The notes beneath the pieces are model-generated. The model was given only the letters and a program-made list of their open reading frames with translations, was not told the DNA's origin and did no database searches. Source: Felis catus (Eukaryota). Taken from it: a DNA stretch of 64,000 nucleotides. The position numbers and the translations under genes were made by a program. Of the stretch, positions 36,067 to 49,088 are shown piece by piece. The stretch covers positions 28,398,001 to 28,462,000 of the forward strand of contig NC_058368.1 of the NCBI RefSeq assembly GCF_018350175.1. The letters run 5' to 3'. Every line of letters begins with the position of its first letter. Position 1 is the first letter of the stretch.

Positions 36067-36283
36067 TAAATATATTTTTTAATGTTTATTTATTTTTGAG
36101 AGAGGGAGACAGAGCATGAGCAGGGGAGGGGCAGAGAGAGGGAGACACAGAATCCAAAGCGGGCTCCAGGCTCTGAGCTGTCAGCACAGAGCCCGACGCC
36201 AGGCAGGCTCGAACTCAGGAATCACGAGATCATGACCTGAGTTGAAGTCAGACCCTTAACCGACTGAGCCACCCAGGCACCCC
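36067..36283 (-). mobile_element. Can-SINE (SINEC_Fc)
   Basis: Perfect TSD acatccatcttaatttt. Confidence 0.93.
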
Positions 36284-37171
36284 ACATCCATCTTAATTTT
36301 ATAAGCGGTGATAAATCAAACTAGCTGATCATGTGGTTATGTTCTAGTGTGGAAGGCCTAACGGGTTTATCTTTACTAAAACCTTTAGTTGATAATGAAT
36401 GAGCCAGTGCTCATTCCAGTATTAAGATAACACCTAAAATAATAACGCTCTGTTTAATCTACATACTTCTCTGTACGTAGGCTATACCTTAAGTTAAAAT
36501 ATCTAGCTATAAAAAGACACAAGAAAGAAAGACATGCATATTGGCATAAACTATGAATCCTGGACCAAGGATGAAAGAAAATAAAAGTCACGGAAGTTAG
36601 TAGACTTTTCAGAGCCATGTCTCCAACCATCTTTCTCCTCTTATTGGAGGAGATTAAATAACTTTTGCTGTCCTTAATTTCCCATTGAAATTAGTAAAAA
36701 ACTACTGAAAAATTTAAATGCTCAAGATCTCTTTTTAGTTTACTAACTATTGTTAGAAATAATTGGAACGAATATACATTTGAATTAAAACAGTCTATTT
36801 ACTATAAATGTTTTTTTCAGGGATTTCTGAAACATCAGGCCATCATAGAATTGGGTCAAGATTTATAAACTTAAATGAGAATATCTGTGAGAATCTGTTA
36901 CAAATGCTCTCCTATAAATGCACTCTCATGTCTGCACCTTCTCACGGGGCACCAAGACTCCACAGTAGCATCCAAATTTCAGGCGCCAATGATAATGATA
37001 AGTGTATTTGTCATATCCAGGGTCTAGCCCTCCCTTAGTATAAAGTTGGTAATCACTTCCACTGAGTGTTTAAACACTCAAAGAGGAATTGAAGCCAATT
37101 GAGTTGCCCAAATGAAATTATTTTTCTAAGTAAGATTAACATGAAATATCTTTACTTCAAGATGAACTTAC

Positions 37172-37268
37172 CTCAAGTTGAACTCTCTGTTCTAAATTCT
37201 TATACGACCTTTGTAATAACTCCCGGGTTCCGAGGACTCCATACCACATCAAATTTTTAGTTCGGCTC
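37172..37268 (-). CDS. DGKH: DGKH coding exon (~20): [32 protein letters not shown]
   Basis: tttcag acceptor, GTAAGT donor, 97 nt. Confidence 0.96.
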
Positions 37269-37407
37269 CTGAAAATAAATATTGGCAGACATTTCAATAG
37301 CTATTATTTATTCATCTTTAAAGGCAGAGCAAGCAAAAGAGGTAATAAATGAAATTAAAGTGAAATTGCCTTCCTGTAATAACATTATAACTATTACCCA
37401 AAATTAC

Positions 37408-37518
37408 CTGCATTTTTCAGGGTGTTCTTCTCTCTTATTATTAAATTCTAATGAAATTTTTGCGTCTAATCCAATCCCAAAGTAATTGTTCATGACACAT
37501 TTTTCTGAATATCCATCT
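37408..37518 (-). CDS. DGKH: DGKH coding exon (~19): [36 protein letters not shown](R), start of the DAGK accessory domain
   Basis: tcatag acceptor, GTAATT donor, 111 nt; [10 protein letters not shown] motif of DGKs. Confidence 0.96.
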
Positions 37519-38305
37519 CTATGATAATATGGAAAAGTACATAAGAGTCAATTTCAGATTCATAACAATTACAACTTGCACACAAAACAGCACTTAAAAC
37601 CATTTAAGTTTCCATTCCTTACAGAAGAGAGTAAAACTTAGCAGGAATTAATTCCTGTTCATATGCCATGTGTACAACCCCAGTACATATGTGTAATTTT
37701 TGGTACATGTGGTAAAAGGGATAGGGGGCCAAGCAGAGACAGAATCATAGTAACGCTTTTCTAAAACTTGTAATAAAACCTTGGTTCTTTTACTTCCTAC
37801 GTGAACCCTTTACTACATACATAAGTGGGAGGGTCTTGCAGTCAGGTGCCAATCCTCCTTTCTTGATCATTAGAAAGTCTCATCCGCTGTACTCTTATCA
37901 ATGGACAAACTATATGCTAAGTAACATGAATTTAAATTAAAAAAATATGGTGACGTCTTTGAGGAGTGTAATTAGAGAAATGAGATGTAACAAGAGAAAA
38001 ATTATATGCAGAAGTAAAAGTTCATACTGAACTGCCAAAAAAAAAAAAAAAAAAAAACCCAAAACAAAAAACAAACAAAAAAACACCTGTACTTTTAAGA
38101 AGGGAAGAGATCAATGTGGGCCAGATGCTTCCTGAAATAAATAATACAATATTCCAGGGAAAAGTGAATACAGGTATGCCTCATTTTGCCATAGGGAAAT
38201 GGGCTAGACAGGACCTACCTCGAGAACAGATCCTGAAAACAACTGTGTTTCAAATGCATCAATGTACTCATCATCATCAACTTTTGAAATTTTCTGATGA
38301 CTCCC

Positions 38306-38524
38306 TTTTTTTTTTTTAGCGTTTATTTATTTTTTGAGACAGAGAGAGACAGAGCATGAATGGGGGGAGGGTCAGAGAGAGAGAGGGAGGCACAGAATCT
38401 AAAACAGGCTTCAGGCTCTGAGCTGTCAGCACAGAGCCTGACGCGGGGCTTGAACTCGTGAACCACGAGATCATGACCTGAGCCGAAGTCGGACACTTAA
38501 CCAACTGAGCCACCCAGGCGCCCC
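38306..38524 (-). mobile_element. Can-SINE (SINEC_Fc)
   Basis: TSD-like tgatgac..ccctttt. Confidence 0.92.
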
Positions 38525-38642
38525 TGATGACCCTTTTTATATGGGGAAGCATATTTCTTGTAACACATTGACAATTTTACCGTTCGTATAAAGTAGAAAC
38601 AAGAAAAGTCAAAACGAGATATTTACAAAAGTATTTCCTTAC

Positions 38643-38760
38643 ACGGAATCTGGATCTGGGTCAATAAATGGCGTTGCACCAAAAGGATCAATATTTGCCA
38701 GTAACATTTTGTTGATAATAGAACTCCCAGCAATTGAGGCAGCTAATCCTGCTCTTAAAC
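38643..38760 (-). CDS. DGKH: DGKH coding exon (~18): [38 protein letters not shown](V)
   Basis: tgtccag acceptor, GTAAGG donor, 118 nt. Confidence 0.95.
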
Positions 38761-39959
38761 CTGGACAGAAAAATAAATACATACAGGATCACATGTTAAG
38801 AAAAAAGATAAAGAAAGAGCCAGTGCATTGTTTTCAGGCTTCATCTCAGATACCTTGCCCCCAAAGCATGATTTTCGGTGTCTAATCTTCTCATTATTCA
38901 AAACCAAAAACTATAACATTGGTGATTACAACCAGGATCCATATGTTGTCATAAAAAATGCAGCTGATGAAGACTCAAAGAAGAGTCTCTTTGTGACAGT
39001 TTCTCATTTACCATTCTAGTGATTCTATACTTCAACAAGTAAATATTACCTCCTATGTTATAGCAAATAAGGCGGTAAATCTGTAAGGAATTTGCTTTAA
39101 AGGCTGAATTAGCAAGAATGTCACGGTGTTACTACTTCCATACGCTCAAAGCATAGATAATAATATTCAATTAAAAGTATTAACAGATATACTAAGTGAA
39201 ATCCCAGTGTTGGTATCAACGGTAAGTATGAAAATATTAAGCACAGGTATTTAAGAGCAGTATTGAACGTAAAAAAGTGAAGCATTTATCTTACCTCTAA
39301 ATATGTAAAACCTCAAATTTATTTCAACAAGTAGTTAGCTTTCTACTAAATAGTTACGATGTTCAAAGCTAATCAATTTTATGATCTACCCAACCCAAAA
39401 CTGAGGCTAGAAGCATTAAACTCTGCAAAGAAGAAAAATAACAAGGGCCTAAGGGAATAAACAAACAAAAAGGAAAGAATAGTGAAGAAAAGTATGTCCT
39501 GGAATTGAGAACCACTAGGAAATTAGGAAAAAAGTCCTTTTTTTAAGCCAATATTCCTTTCCTCAACAGTGTGTTCTTCTTAGAAGATAATTATTCATTA
39601 TTTCAGCTACAAAGTTTAGCTGGTTATTAAATAATCAACATGAATTTTATTCTGTCATTTATTTTCATAGTTTTGAATATGCCACGGCACACTTAGTTAT
39701 GCCAGTTTCTTTTATGTCTACATAAGTAAATAAATGGACAAAGCCACTATTTTGGTAAGAAAAGAAGCACACTTTAGACAGGTGAAGAATCAGGCTCCAG
39801 CCACAGAAAAGGATAATATTTTCTAAAATGTTTTAAGGTCAGGCATATTTATAGCGTTAGCCAGAAAGGTCATCTCATGGTTTCAGGTTTGAATAGAAAT
39901 ATAACCTCTAGACGTGGAGGTCTTTTTCCAGAATCAGACATGTTATGGGTTTATCTACT

Positions 39960-41050
39960 TTAATATTTCACTGAGATATACTTCACATACCATGAAATTC
40001 ACCTTTTAAGTAAGTGCATAATTTGGCTGTTTGTAGTATATACACAAAGTTGTGCAATGATCACTACCATCACATTTAGAACATTTTTTATTACTCTACA
40101 AAAAACACCCCATACCTGTTAGTAGTCATTTTCCTTGCCCCCCATTCCCCACATCCTCAGACCCTGGAAACCACTCACCTATGTTCTCTCGGGACTTGAC
40201 TACTCTGGGCATTTTATATAAATGTAATCATATAGTATGTGGCTTTTTATGTCAAGCTTCTTTCACTAGGCATAATGTTTTCAGAGGTATTCATGTTGCA
40301 GCATGTATCAGTGCTTCATTCTTTTTTTTAAAGATTTTATTTTTAAGTAATCTCTACACCCAGCACGGGGCTCAAACTCACAACCCTGAGATGAAGAGTT
40401 GCATACTCCCCTGACTGAGCCAGCCAGCACCCCCGTTCTTTGTTCTTTTTAATGGATGACTAATAGTCCACTGTATGGATATTGTACATTTTGTTTTTCC
40501 ATTCATCAATTGATGATTATTTGGGTTGTTTCTTCTATTTGGCTATTATGAGTAATGTTGCTATAAACAGTAATGTACAAGTTTTTGTGTAGACGTGTAT
40601 TTTCACTTCTCATGGGTGTATACCTAGTAGTGGGTTTTTGGGTTATATGTTAACTCTAATTCTTTGAGGAACTGCCCAACTGTTTTTGCAAAATGGCTGC
40701 ACCATTTCATATGCTAACCAACAAAGTATAAAAGTTCCAATTTTTCCACATCCTTGCCAATATTTGTTATTATCTGTCTTTTTTGATCATAGCCATCCCA
40801 GTAAAGTGAAGTGGTATCTCATTGTGGTTTTGATTTGCATTACCCTGATGACTAATGAAGATGAACATCTTTCCATGTGTTTATTGGCCACTTGAATATC
40901 TTTTTGCAAGAGATCCTTTGCCCATTTTTAAATTGAAGTATTTGTCTTTACTGTTGAATTTTAAGAGCTCTTTATATATTTTGAATACTAGTCCCTTATC
41001 ACATATACTATTTACAAATATTTTCCTTTATCCTATGGATTGTCTTCTTT
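39960..41050 (-). mobile_element. Old L1 (L1MB-like) 3' end, interrupted by a short Can-SINE at 40322-40434
   Basis: Reverse L1 3' UTR and ORF2 C-terminal motifs (gtggtatctcattgtggttttgatttgcatt). Confidence 0.8.
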
Positions 41051-41374
41051 CTTTCTTCCTTTTCATTTATCCTTTTTGATTTATGAGAGGAGAAAGTTTC
41101 ATGGAAAGTCACAACAACCCAGAATCTGCAAAAACTAAAAATCAATGTATCATTTTGATGATGGCATATTGTCAGTTCATCAGACCAACTACCCCTCCTC
41201 ACTTTGAGGGAAAATTGAAAAGCTGAGCAAAATGTAAAATGAATTTATCTGAAGATCATTAAAGAGGTAGACCAAAGATGAGGGCTTACCAACCAACCAT
41301 TAGAAAAGGAGAATGACTCAGTCAGGTGAGCCCAGGACTCAGGGATAACTCTTTTTTTGTTTTGTTTTTAACTT

Positions 41375-41561
41375 TTTTTCTAATTTTTATTTATTTTTTT
41401 TGAGAGAGTGAGCACATGTGTAAACGGGGAGGGGCAGAGGGAAAGAGAATCTTAAACTCAGCATGGAGCCTGATGCAGGGCTCAATCTCACAACTGTGAG
41501 ATCGTGACCTGAGCTGAAATCAACAGCTGGACACTTAACCGACCAAGCCACACAGGCATCC
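41375..41561 (-). mobile_element. Can-SINE
   Basis: Reverse SINEC sequence. Confidence 0.85.
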
Positions 41562-42179
41562 TTAACTTTTTACTTTATATTATTGTGGTAAGAACACTTA
41601 CTATGAGACCTACCTTCTTAACAAATTTTTAAGTGTTTTAGGCAGTATTGTTAACTCTAGGTACAGTATTGTTAACTCTAGGCAGTATTGTTAACTCTAG
41701 GTACAATTTTGGACACCAGATCTCGAGAACTTACCTTGCTTAACTGAAATTTTATGCAGCTTGACTGGCAACTCCCCATTTCCTCTTACTTCTAGTTGTT
41801 GGTAACCACCATTCCACTCTTTGATTTTACGGTTTTGACTATTTTAGATACTTCATGGAAGTGAATCATGTAGTACTTGCAATGTTGTGACTGAATTATT
41901 TCACTTAGCATAATTTCTTCCAGGTCCATTCACATTACGACAGATTACAGATTTTTTTTTTTTTAAGCTGAACAATATTCCATTGTATGCATATACCATG
42001 TGTTCTTTATCCATTCATCACTCAGTGGACATTTAGGTTGCTTTCACGTCTTGGATGTAGTGAATAGTGCTACAATAAACATGGGAGTGCTAATATCTCC
42101 TCAAAATTCTGATTTCAATTCTTTTGATAAATTCCCAGAGTGGGATTGCTGGATCATATGGTAGTCCTAATTTTAGTTT

Positions 42180-42400
42180 TTTTAAAAAAATTTTTTAATG
42201 TTTATTTTTCAGAGAGAGAAAGAGAGAGAGAGAGCAAGTAGGGGAGGAGCAGAGAGAAAGGGAGACACAGAATCCGGAGCAGGCTCCAGGCTCTGAGCTG
42301 TCAGCACAGAGCCCAATATGGGGCTTGATCCCACAAGCTGTGAGATCATTACCTGAGCTGAGATCAAGAGCTGGACACTTAACTGAGCCATCCAGGCACC
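42180..42400 (-). mobile_element. Can-SINE
   Basis: Reverse SINEC sequence. Confidence 0.88.
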
Positions 42401-42753
42401 TCACATCCTCCCCAACACTTGTTGCCTTTTGATTTTTTTTTTGTTTGTTTGTTTTTTGATAATAGCCATCCTGAGTAGTGTGAGGTGACAGCTCATTATG
42501 GTTTTTAATCTGCATTTCCATGATGGTTAGTGACTTGAACATCTTTGGTTTGGTACCAGGGTAACATTGGCCTCAAAGAATGAGGTGGAAAATGTTCCTT
42601 CCTCGTTTAGTTTTTGGAAGAGTTTGTGAACTGCTGATATTAATTCTTTAAACACTTGGCAGAGTTCATTAGTGAAGTGATTTGGACCTGGCCTTTTCTT
42701 TGTAAGAAGTTTTGTTATAGGTCTAGTTAGATTTTCTCTTCTTGAATCGGTTT

Positions 42754-43565
42754 TGTGGGAATAAGCTTAGGAATTTTCTGAGCCTCTGCCAATGGGTTAA
42801 CAAGGCATAAAGAATTAGAAAGTCATAGGATGTTCACACCCAAGTTTGGGTAAACAAGATTAGGTAAGTAAGATTAAATAAGGTGGAGCAAAGGCCCCAC
42901 TATAGATAGGGCAGGGCAAAAGCCCCAGTATAGGTAAGGCCTGGGCACAGGCCTCAGTATTGATAAGGTGGGACAAAGGCCCCAGTATAGGACAAATGTA
43001 TATGAGGTAAACAAGATTAGGTATTCAGGGTGGAAACAACCCCCAATTTAGTACTTACAATAGCAGAAAGCTGCTTTGGCAGGAAGGAAGGACCAAATTA
43101 GGTGAACAGGTAAATAAGGCTAGAGACTGAAGCAGGGCAAAGTTGCCCAGAGGGGAGCTAATTAGCAAAAGAAAGGTGTCTTGTTGACCCTGAGGTAGCA
43201 TGCTCTGTCTTTCTTGTCCCCTAGACCAGTTTAGGTAAACAGAGGTGGTGCCTCATGTCTGCTATAAACAACCTTCTGCCCAACACCAGGATTTTGTTTT
43301 GTATTAACCCAAATCCCTAACCCCCCGCATATCTTCAAAACCCCCTTTCCCTCACGCCCATGAGTTAATGTTCACGATTTCACCGTCTCTTTGTGCACAC
43401 CCATCACCACGTTTGTAAGCCTTCTGATCCTAATAAAAACAGAACAAGGACCCTTACCCGGGGCTCTTGTCTTCTCCTGGACATCAGCTTCTCTCTCGCA
43501 TTTTTAATTCTGCATCCCACTTTCTTGCTAGACAAGAAAGAACTCCAGACCCAGAGTCTACGACA
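42754..43565 (+). mobile_element. Endogenous retrovirus solo LTR (812 bp)
   Basis: TG...CA termini, 6-bp TSD cggttt/cagttt splitting an L1, tandem repeats in U3, TATAAA at ~43263, AATAAA at 43432-43437. Confidence 0.85.
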
Positions 43566-44908
43566 CAGTTTTAGTAGTTTGCATGCTTCTAGGAGTTTGT
43601 CCGTTTCATTGAAGTTATCTAATTTATTGCCATGTAATGTTGATAGCTTTCCCTTATTTATAATCCTTTCTATTTCTGTAAGGTTGTTAGTGATATCTTT
43701 CCTCTTTTATTCCTGATTTCAGTAATTTGAATCTTCTTTTATTTCCTTGGTCCCTCTGGATAAAGACTTGTCAATTTTGTTAAACTGTTCGCAGAACCAA
43801 CTTCTGGTTTCATTGATTTTCTGTATTGTTTTGTATTCTCTTTGTCATTTATTTACACTCCAATATTTCTTCCTCCCTTCCTAGTGATTGCGTTCAGTAT
43901 GTTTGCTCTTCTTTTTCCAATTTATTAAGGTGGAGAGTTAGGTTTTGAGATCTTTCTACCTCTTTAATATAGGCCTTTACAGCTATAAATTTCCCTCCAA
44001 ACACTTCTTTAACTACATCAAGTAAGTTTTGGTATGGTGTATTTTTGTTTTCATTCATATCAAAGGATTTCAAAATTTTTCTTACGGTTTTTTTTTTCTT
44101 TAACCCACATATTGCCACATTCCCAACATTTCCATCTGTTATGGATGTCTAATTTTATTCCATTGTGGCCAAAGATCATCCTTTGTATAATATCTCAATC
44201 TTTCTAAATTTATTGAAAGTTGTTTTATGGCTTCATATATGGTCTATCCTGGAGAATGTTCCATATGCACTAGACAATGTGCATTCTGTGGCTGTTATGT
44301 GGAGTGCATTGTAGACATTTGTTAAGTCTACTTGTTTTATGTGTTTTTCAGTTCTTCTATTTCCTTGTTGATCTCTCTCTCTAGTTGTTCTATCACTACT
44401 GAGAGTGGGATACTAAAGTCTCCAACTATTACCATTTTTGAATTGCAATTCACCTTTTAAAAGAGCATGTAGGAGAGACTGACTTTAAGGGTGTAATTTG
44501 GGATCCAATCTACCCTGGAATAAATCTTGACAGTTCTCACTAGGTCAAACAACTGGAACTTAAGGAGACATCTGAGACATCTCTATTTTCCTCCTTCCCT
44601 GCTGTACAAGTTCTTTGGTTTTCACTAGCACTAACTGAATCCCGAGGTAAATTCATCTCATCAGAGCTGGCATAGATGCCTCAGATGTTCCAAAACGAAG
44701 CAATATTAGTAGTCTAAAAATGACTACAGAGAGACCTGGTGGCTTACAACTAAAAGGAAAGCTGTGGAGATACTTAAGAGGTAGTAGAACATAGGATTAG
44801 ATTTACCCAAGGTGCTTAATAAATGCAGATTCTTGAGCTCTATTCTAGATAAAATTTCTCAGGGCAGGGCCCCAAAACATATATTTTAATACTTCCAAGG
44901 TAATTCTT

Positions 44909-44910
44909 AC

Positions 44911-44958
<48 letters not shown>
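44909..44958. repeat. (CA)n microsatellite next to a MER5-like fragment (~44790-44908)
   Basis: Direct reading. Confidence 0.88.
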
Positions 44959-44961
<3 letters not shown>

Positions 44962-45117
44962 TAAGGATCTAGAGTCTGGTTGATAAGAGTGACAAGAACA
45001 TTCTCTCAAAGGGACATTTATCTTTCAGACCACATTTCAATAGTTCATGGAAGTGAATACTTAATACATTTTCACAGAAATACTTAAAAAAATACCATGT
45101 TTCAGAATCTATACTAC

Positions 45118-45249
45118 CTGGGCAGATTATTCTGGTGTTGAGCACAGGCAGGTTTTCTTTGCTGGTTGCCACAGCTGGACCAGGGCCAGAGTCAGTTTGG
45201 GAACGACTTGCCCGGCCATCTGGAGACCGAGGTGCAGGTGCAGTTTTAA
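45118..45249 (-). CDS. DGKH: DGKH coding exon (~17): (V)[43 protein letters not shown](G)
   Basis: ccaacag acceptor, GTAGTA donor, 132 nt, phase 1 to 1. Confidence 0.93.
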
Positions 45250-45559
45250 CTGTTGGCAAAAAGTCCCAATTATAAAAAAGATAATGGTAAAGCTATTAAA
45301 GTAAGCAAGTCCTTATAAATTCAGGACATAAGATAGTTTAATGCATGTTGAAATCAATTAGCAGAACTGAAAATATTACATTGTGTTTACCTATTCTTTT
45401 CCCTTTGTTTTCACTTTCTTGAGATTTACTGAACGGAGGGATTCTGCCACGGGTTTTGATCACTCATTTCAAACAGATGGAGATCAGTAGAACATAGACG
45501 CCTATCATAATTAAAGCTCAGTAATACTCATAATTTGAACGTGACCAACCCATAGTGTT

Positions 45560-45700
45560 TTATGTAGGTGATGAATCGTGGGAATCTACCCCCAAGACCA
45601 AGAGCACACTGTATACACACTGTATGTTAGCTAACTTGACAATAAATTATATATATACATATATATATATATATGTATATATATAAACAAAGATAAAAAG
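45560..45700 (+). mobile_element. Short carnivore L1 3' end with (TA)n-degraded tail
   Basis: gtgatgaatc...ctgtatgttagctaacttgacaataaatt motif. Confidence 0.7.
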
Positions 45701-46744
45701 AAACTTTGAAGCCTGATGACTTTTGCAAATGGAACATATGTGTTATAATGTATACTACCAATGCATTCTTTTTGTCATAAATGTTGAGTGATCAGAATTA
45801 ATTAACATAGTTCCTACAGCTAATGTGCAAAACATGAGTTAACATCGTCTTCTATACATGAAAGGAAGATGGTATTTTTTTTCAAATGAAACCGACATGT
45901 TTCCTGCACTTCTCAATTAATTATAAATTCATAACAATGATTTACCCAGAACGGTTCTATCATATTCTTGTAAATGCTCAATACATTTAAAAAGTTATAC
46001 CAAACCAGAATTTTTCTCAAAGTAAACAAAAAAGGAGATTTAATTCTGTCTAAACTGGGGTAATTTTTAATGGAGAGCAAATAGTATCTTTAACTCAATT
46101 AGGAGCTATTGGCAGGTGTTTTAAAAAAACCAGTAATCCTCAAACTCAATTTAAAAATACTTGAAAATTTAATTATCTTTACTCTCCCTAAGACTAATTA
46201 CAAACTAACCATATTAATCTTACACTCTCTTCTGTCTCTTCAAAAACAGTCCAGTTGTACTAAAGAAAAGTAGCAGAACAGCTCACTTTTTTCTTTTTTT
46301 TTGGACAGATGTGAGACCTGGGGCTAATTTCTAATAAAAACAATCTTTTGATATTCATCTCTGATCAAAAGCAGACAGCATCTTAGTGACTAAGATTGAT
46401 GTAATATTGCAGGTAACTAAATTACTGTTTCATGGTTTTTCTTAAACATAACATCTCATTGATCATAGTAACATACTGTATTATACATTTCAGGCATATG
46501 AATTATTGCATAATTTAATAATATAATGAATGTTCTTAAAAAAATAACGATTATTTAATACAGAAATGCTTCAATTGCTACTGACTCCCACTAAATTGGA
46601 TTACTAGCTAGAAAAGAAAATCAAATATTGCAACATTAAAGACTTGTATAAATTTATGTCTATTTCAGTATCAATATCTATAGTTGCATACCCATATGTT
46701 TCAGTTTTCTTTGCAGACTACAATGCAAGTGCTCAATTCATGAG

Positions 46745-47855
46745 ACTATAGTAAGATGGGATGGTAGCTGGTTGGAAAACCAGCTACCGTTTTACAGTGA
46801 GTGCTGAAAAACCAATCGTCCCAAGAGAGCCTTCCTTATCTTAGGGAAAATTGTCATGCAGCATATTGTAAGAATGCCATTTGCAGTCCTGCTTAAGTCA
46901 ACTTCGTTAAGGGATGAAAACATACAAGTCAGCTTATTAAATTCTAGATGAAGTAAATTTGAGACGATACAATGAAGCTTCCAAAGATTTTGACAGGATG
47001 TAATGGTAGATCCAAATTGAAAAGATAAAAGTTCAGAGGGATGAGCGTAAACTACTATCATTAGATTTAAAAAAAAAATCACTTGCACAAAACAGGAGGA
47101 AAACAGGCTTATATGGCATTACTATAGAACACTCCATAACAAGAACTCTTAGGGAAGCCTTCGAAAACCAAAATTGCCCAGAATGTGTAGTGTATGGCTA
47201 GCGGTGTGCTATTATCTGGAGGGCTGCATTCAAAATGGGGCATCATATTGACCAATTGAGTGCAACCAGAAAAACAAAAAAGTTTGAAATCAAGTTAAAA
47301 CTTGGTAAAAGAATTAGGAGATAATATGGAAAAGAAGATATAAGGGGTAAAAGAGGATATGATGCCATGAAAGCTGTTTTCAAAGGTCTGCCACATGGTA
47401 GAGTTATCTTCAATACTGTGAGGTAATGTATAGGAAATTGTTTTTAACTATTCATAAAGCACCACACAAACGCTAGCAGTTGTTGCTATTAACATTATCA
47501 CACATAAAACTCCATTAGTTAGTGTGATCATGGGTAGAAATTTAAGAAGAAAATATAAAGCTGAATATAGAGAAAAGCTTTCTAACAATTGAGAGCTGAT
47601 GTTAAGAATGGGATGTATTGAAAGTGAGTGGCGGGGCATCTGGCTGGTTCAGATGGGAGAGCTTGGGACTCTTGATCTTGAGGTCATGAGTTCAAGCCCC
47701 ACGCTGGGTGTAGAGATTACTTAAAAAAAATACAATATTAAGAAAAAAACAAAAGAAAGTGAGTGGCCATCTGTCAAGAGGGTTATAAAGTATGCCTGTG
47801 TTGGATTATATGCTGCGACAGGGACCGTTAAGGTCCCTACAGTCTAAGGTTATAG
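46745..47855 (+). mobile_element. CR1/L3 LINE 3' region, interrupted by a Can-SINE
   Basis: Decayed RT-end motifs and CR1-type 3' end (ctttctaacaatt...aaggtccct). Confidence 0.55.
47633..47754 (+). mobile_element. Short old-type Can-SINE
   Basis: Perfect TSD gaaagtgagtggc. Confidence 0.9.
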
Positions 47856-48049
47856 AGTTGAGTCATGTGCTGAAATAGGTACACGTAAAGTCTAAAAGGG
47901 CTAAGGTTGTAGAATATGTATGCATTGGTTGCATGCCAGACATGTGAGGTCTAATTTCAAAGTTGCTAAGAGTTTCACATATAATTAAGGAGAATTCTTT
48001 GGAAGTTAATGTAATTAGTAGCAACGGGCAGTGGCAGGAATAGCACTGG

Positions 48050-48290
48050 TAATAGTGATAATGACTGCAAACACTCTTTCAGAGCACTATGTACCTGACT
48101 CTATTCTAGGCGCTCCACATATCTTAACTTCCTCAACCTTCACAACAGGTAGGCATGTCATTATCTGCATTTCACAAACGAGGAAACCACAGAGAAATGA
48201 AGCAATCTGCCCAAGTGCATATGTAATGAAAATAAAGCAAAAGCTTAATGAACGCAGTTCTGATTTAATAGTGTTGACTTTTCATTAGTA
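48050..48290 (-). mobile_element. MIR
   Basis: gagcactatgt...catttcacaaacgaggaaaccacagagaa...gcccaag reverse MIR core. Confidence 0.7.
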
Positions 48291-48965
48291 TTATGTGATT
48301 ACTTTCATATTACTTCTCAGCTTCATTAATACTTTAATTTCTGCTTTGTTTTATTCTACTAAATTAACAGCTATTCCTTTATACAATCTGAAATATTAAA
48401 AATATAAATTCATCTTTGAACTTCAAAAGGCAACTACATATTAATTTCCTGGAAAAAATAATTTTAGTAGAGATAGGGTTGTAACTAGATGTGCAGTGAT
48501 TTTAGAGATTAATTTAGCAATAGGAAATTCGCAAACCATCCGAGCTGATCAGTGGAATTCAAGGGACTGCTAAACTACTGAAATGCCAAATTCCGTGCCT
48601 GTGGGACCTACTGCTTTCACAGAATTCTCAAATGCATCTGTAGGCTAAAAACAGGTTAAAATCTGTTGATTTAGGTGTTTCTTCCTTTTTTCTTCAGGAA
48701 AATGAAGATATTTAGCTATGGTTGGTCCCAGAATCCTTAGATTATTATGATGATCTCCAGATTATCTGATAAAAAAGGGATGTGACTACTTGACAACACT
48801 CTAAATATTACCTTTATTATTTTACTATTCACGAATATCTAAGCTTTAACTTTTGAAAAGCCTTGTTAAAATTAAAATACAAAGTTTATTACAAACTGAT
48901 AAGCCTTTTGAAAAGTAAAAGCAGAATTACATTTTATTGAATTCCAAAATAATTAGTTTTCTTAC

Positions 48966-49088
48966 CAGTTGAAGGCTCTTTTGCACCATCATCTTTAGAT
49001 TCTTCTTTAGATTCATCTGTTTCTGTGCTATCATTATCGAATGACTGGCTAACTGGTTCACAAGGGTGAACACTCTGTTCATCCAGAA
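48966..49088 (-). CDS. DGKH: DGKH coding exon (~16): (V)[40 protein letters not shown]
   Basis: ttaaag acceptor, GTAAGA donor, 123 nt, phase 1 to 1; acidic linker. Confidence 0.93.

Larger units (their letters stand above)
41570..44450 (-). mobile_element. Cluster of old L1 fragments (3' UTR and ORF2 pieces) with a nested SINE (42180-42400) and LTR (42754-43565)
   Basis: ORF 43894..44118 (NENKNTPYQNLLD..K.V..GKFIA..AYIK) is an L1 ORF2 remnant; L1MA-type 3' end at 41570-42170. Confidence 0.8.

Noticed and set aside
42878..42990. 28-bp repeat array superficially like a CRISPR array
   Set aside because: Head-to-tail units without spacers, inside an LTR in mammalian DNA
43894..44118. ORF resembling a retroelement protein
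   Set aside because: Decayed L1 ORF2 fragment with stops and frameshifts around it; not an active element
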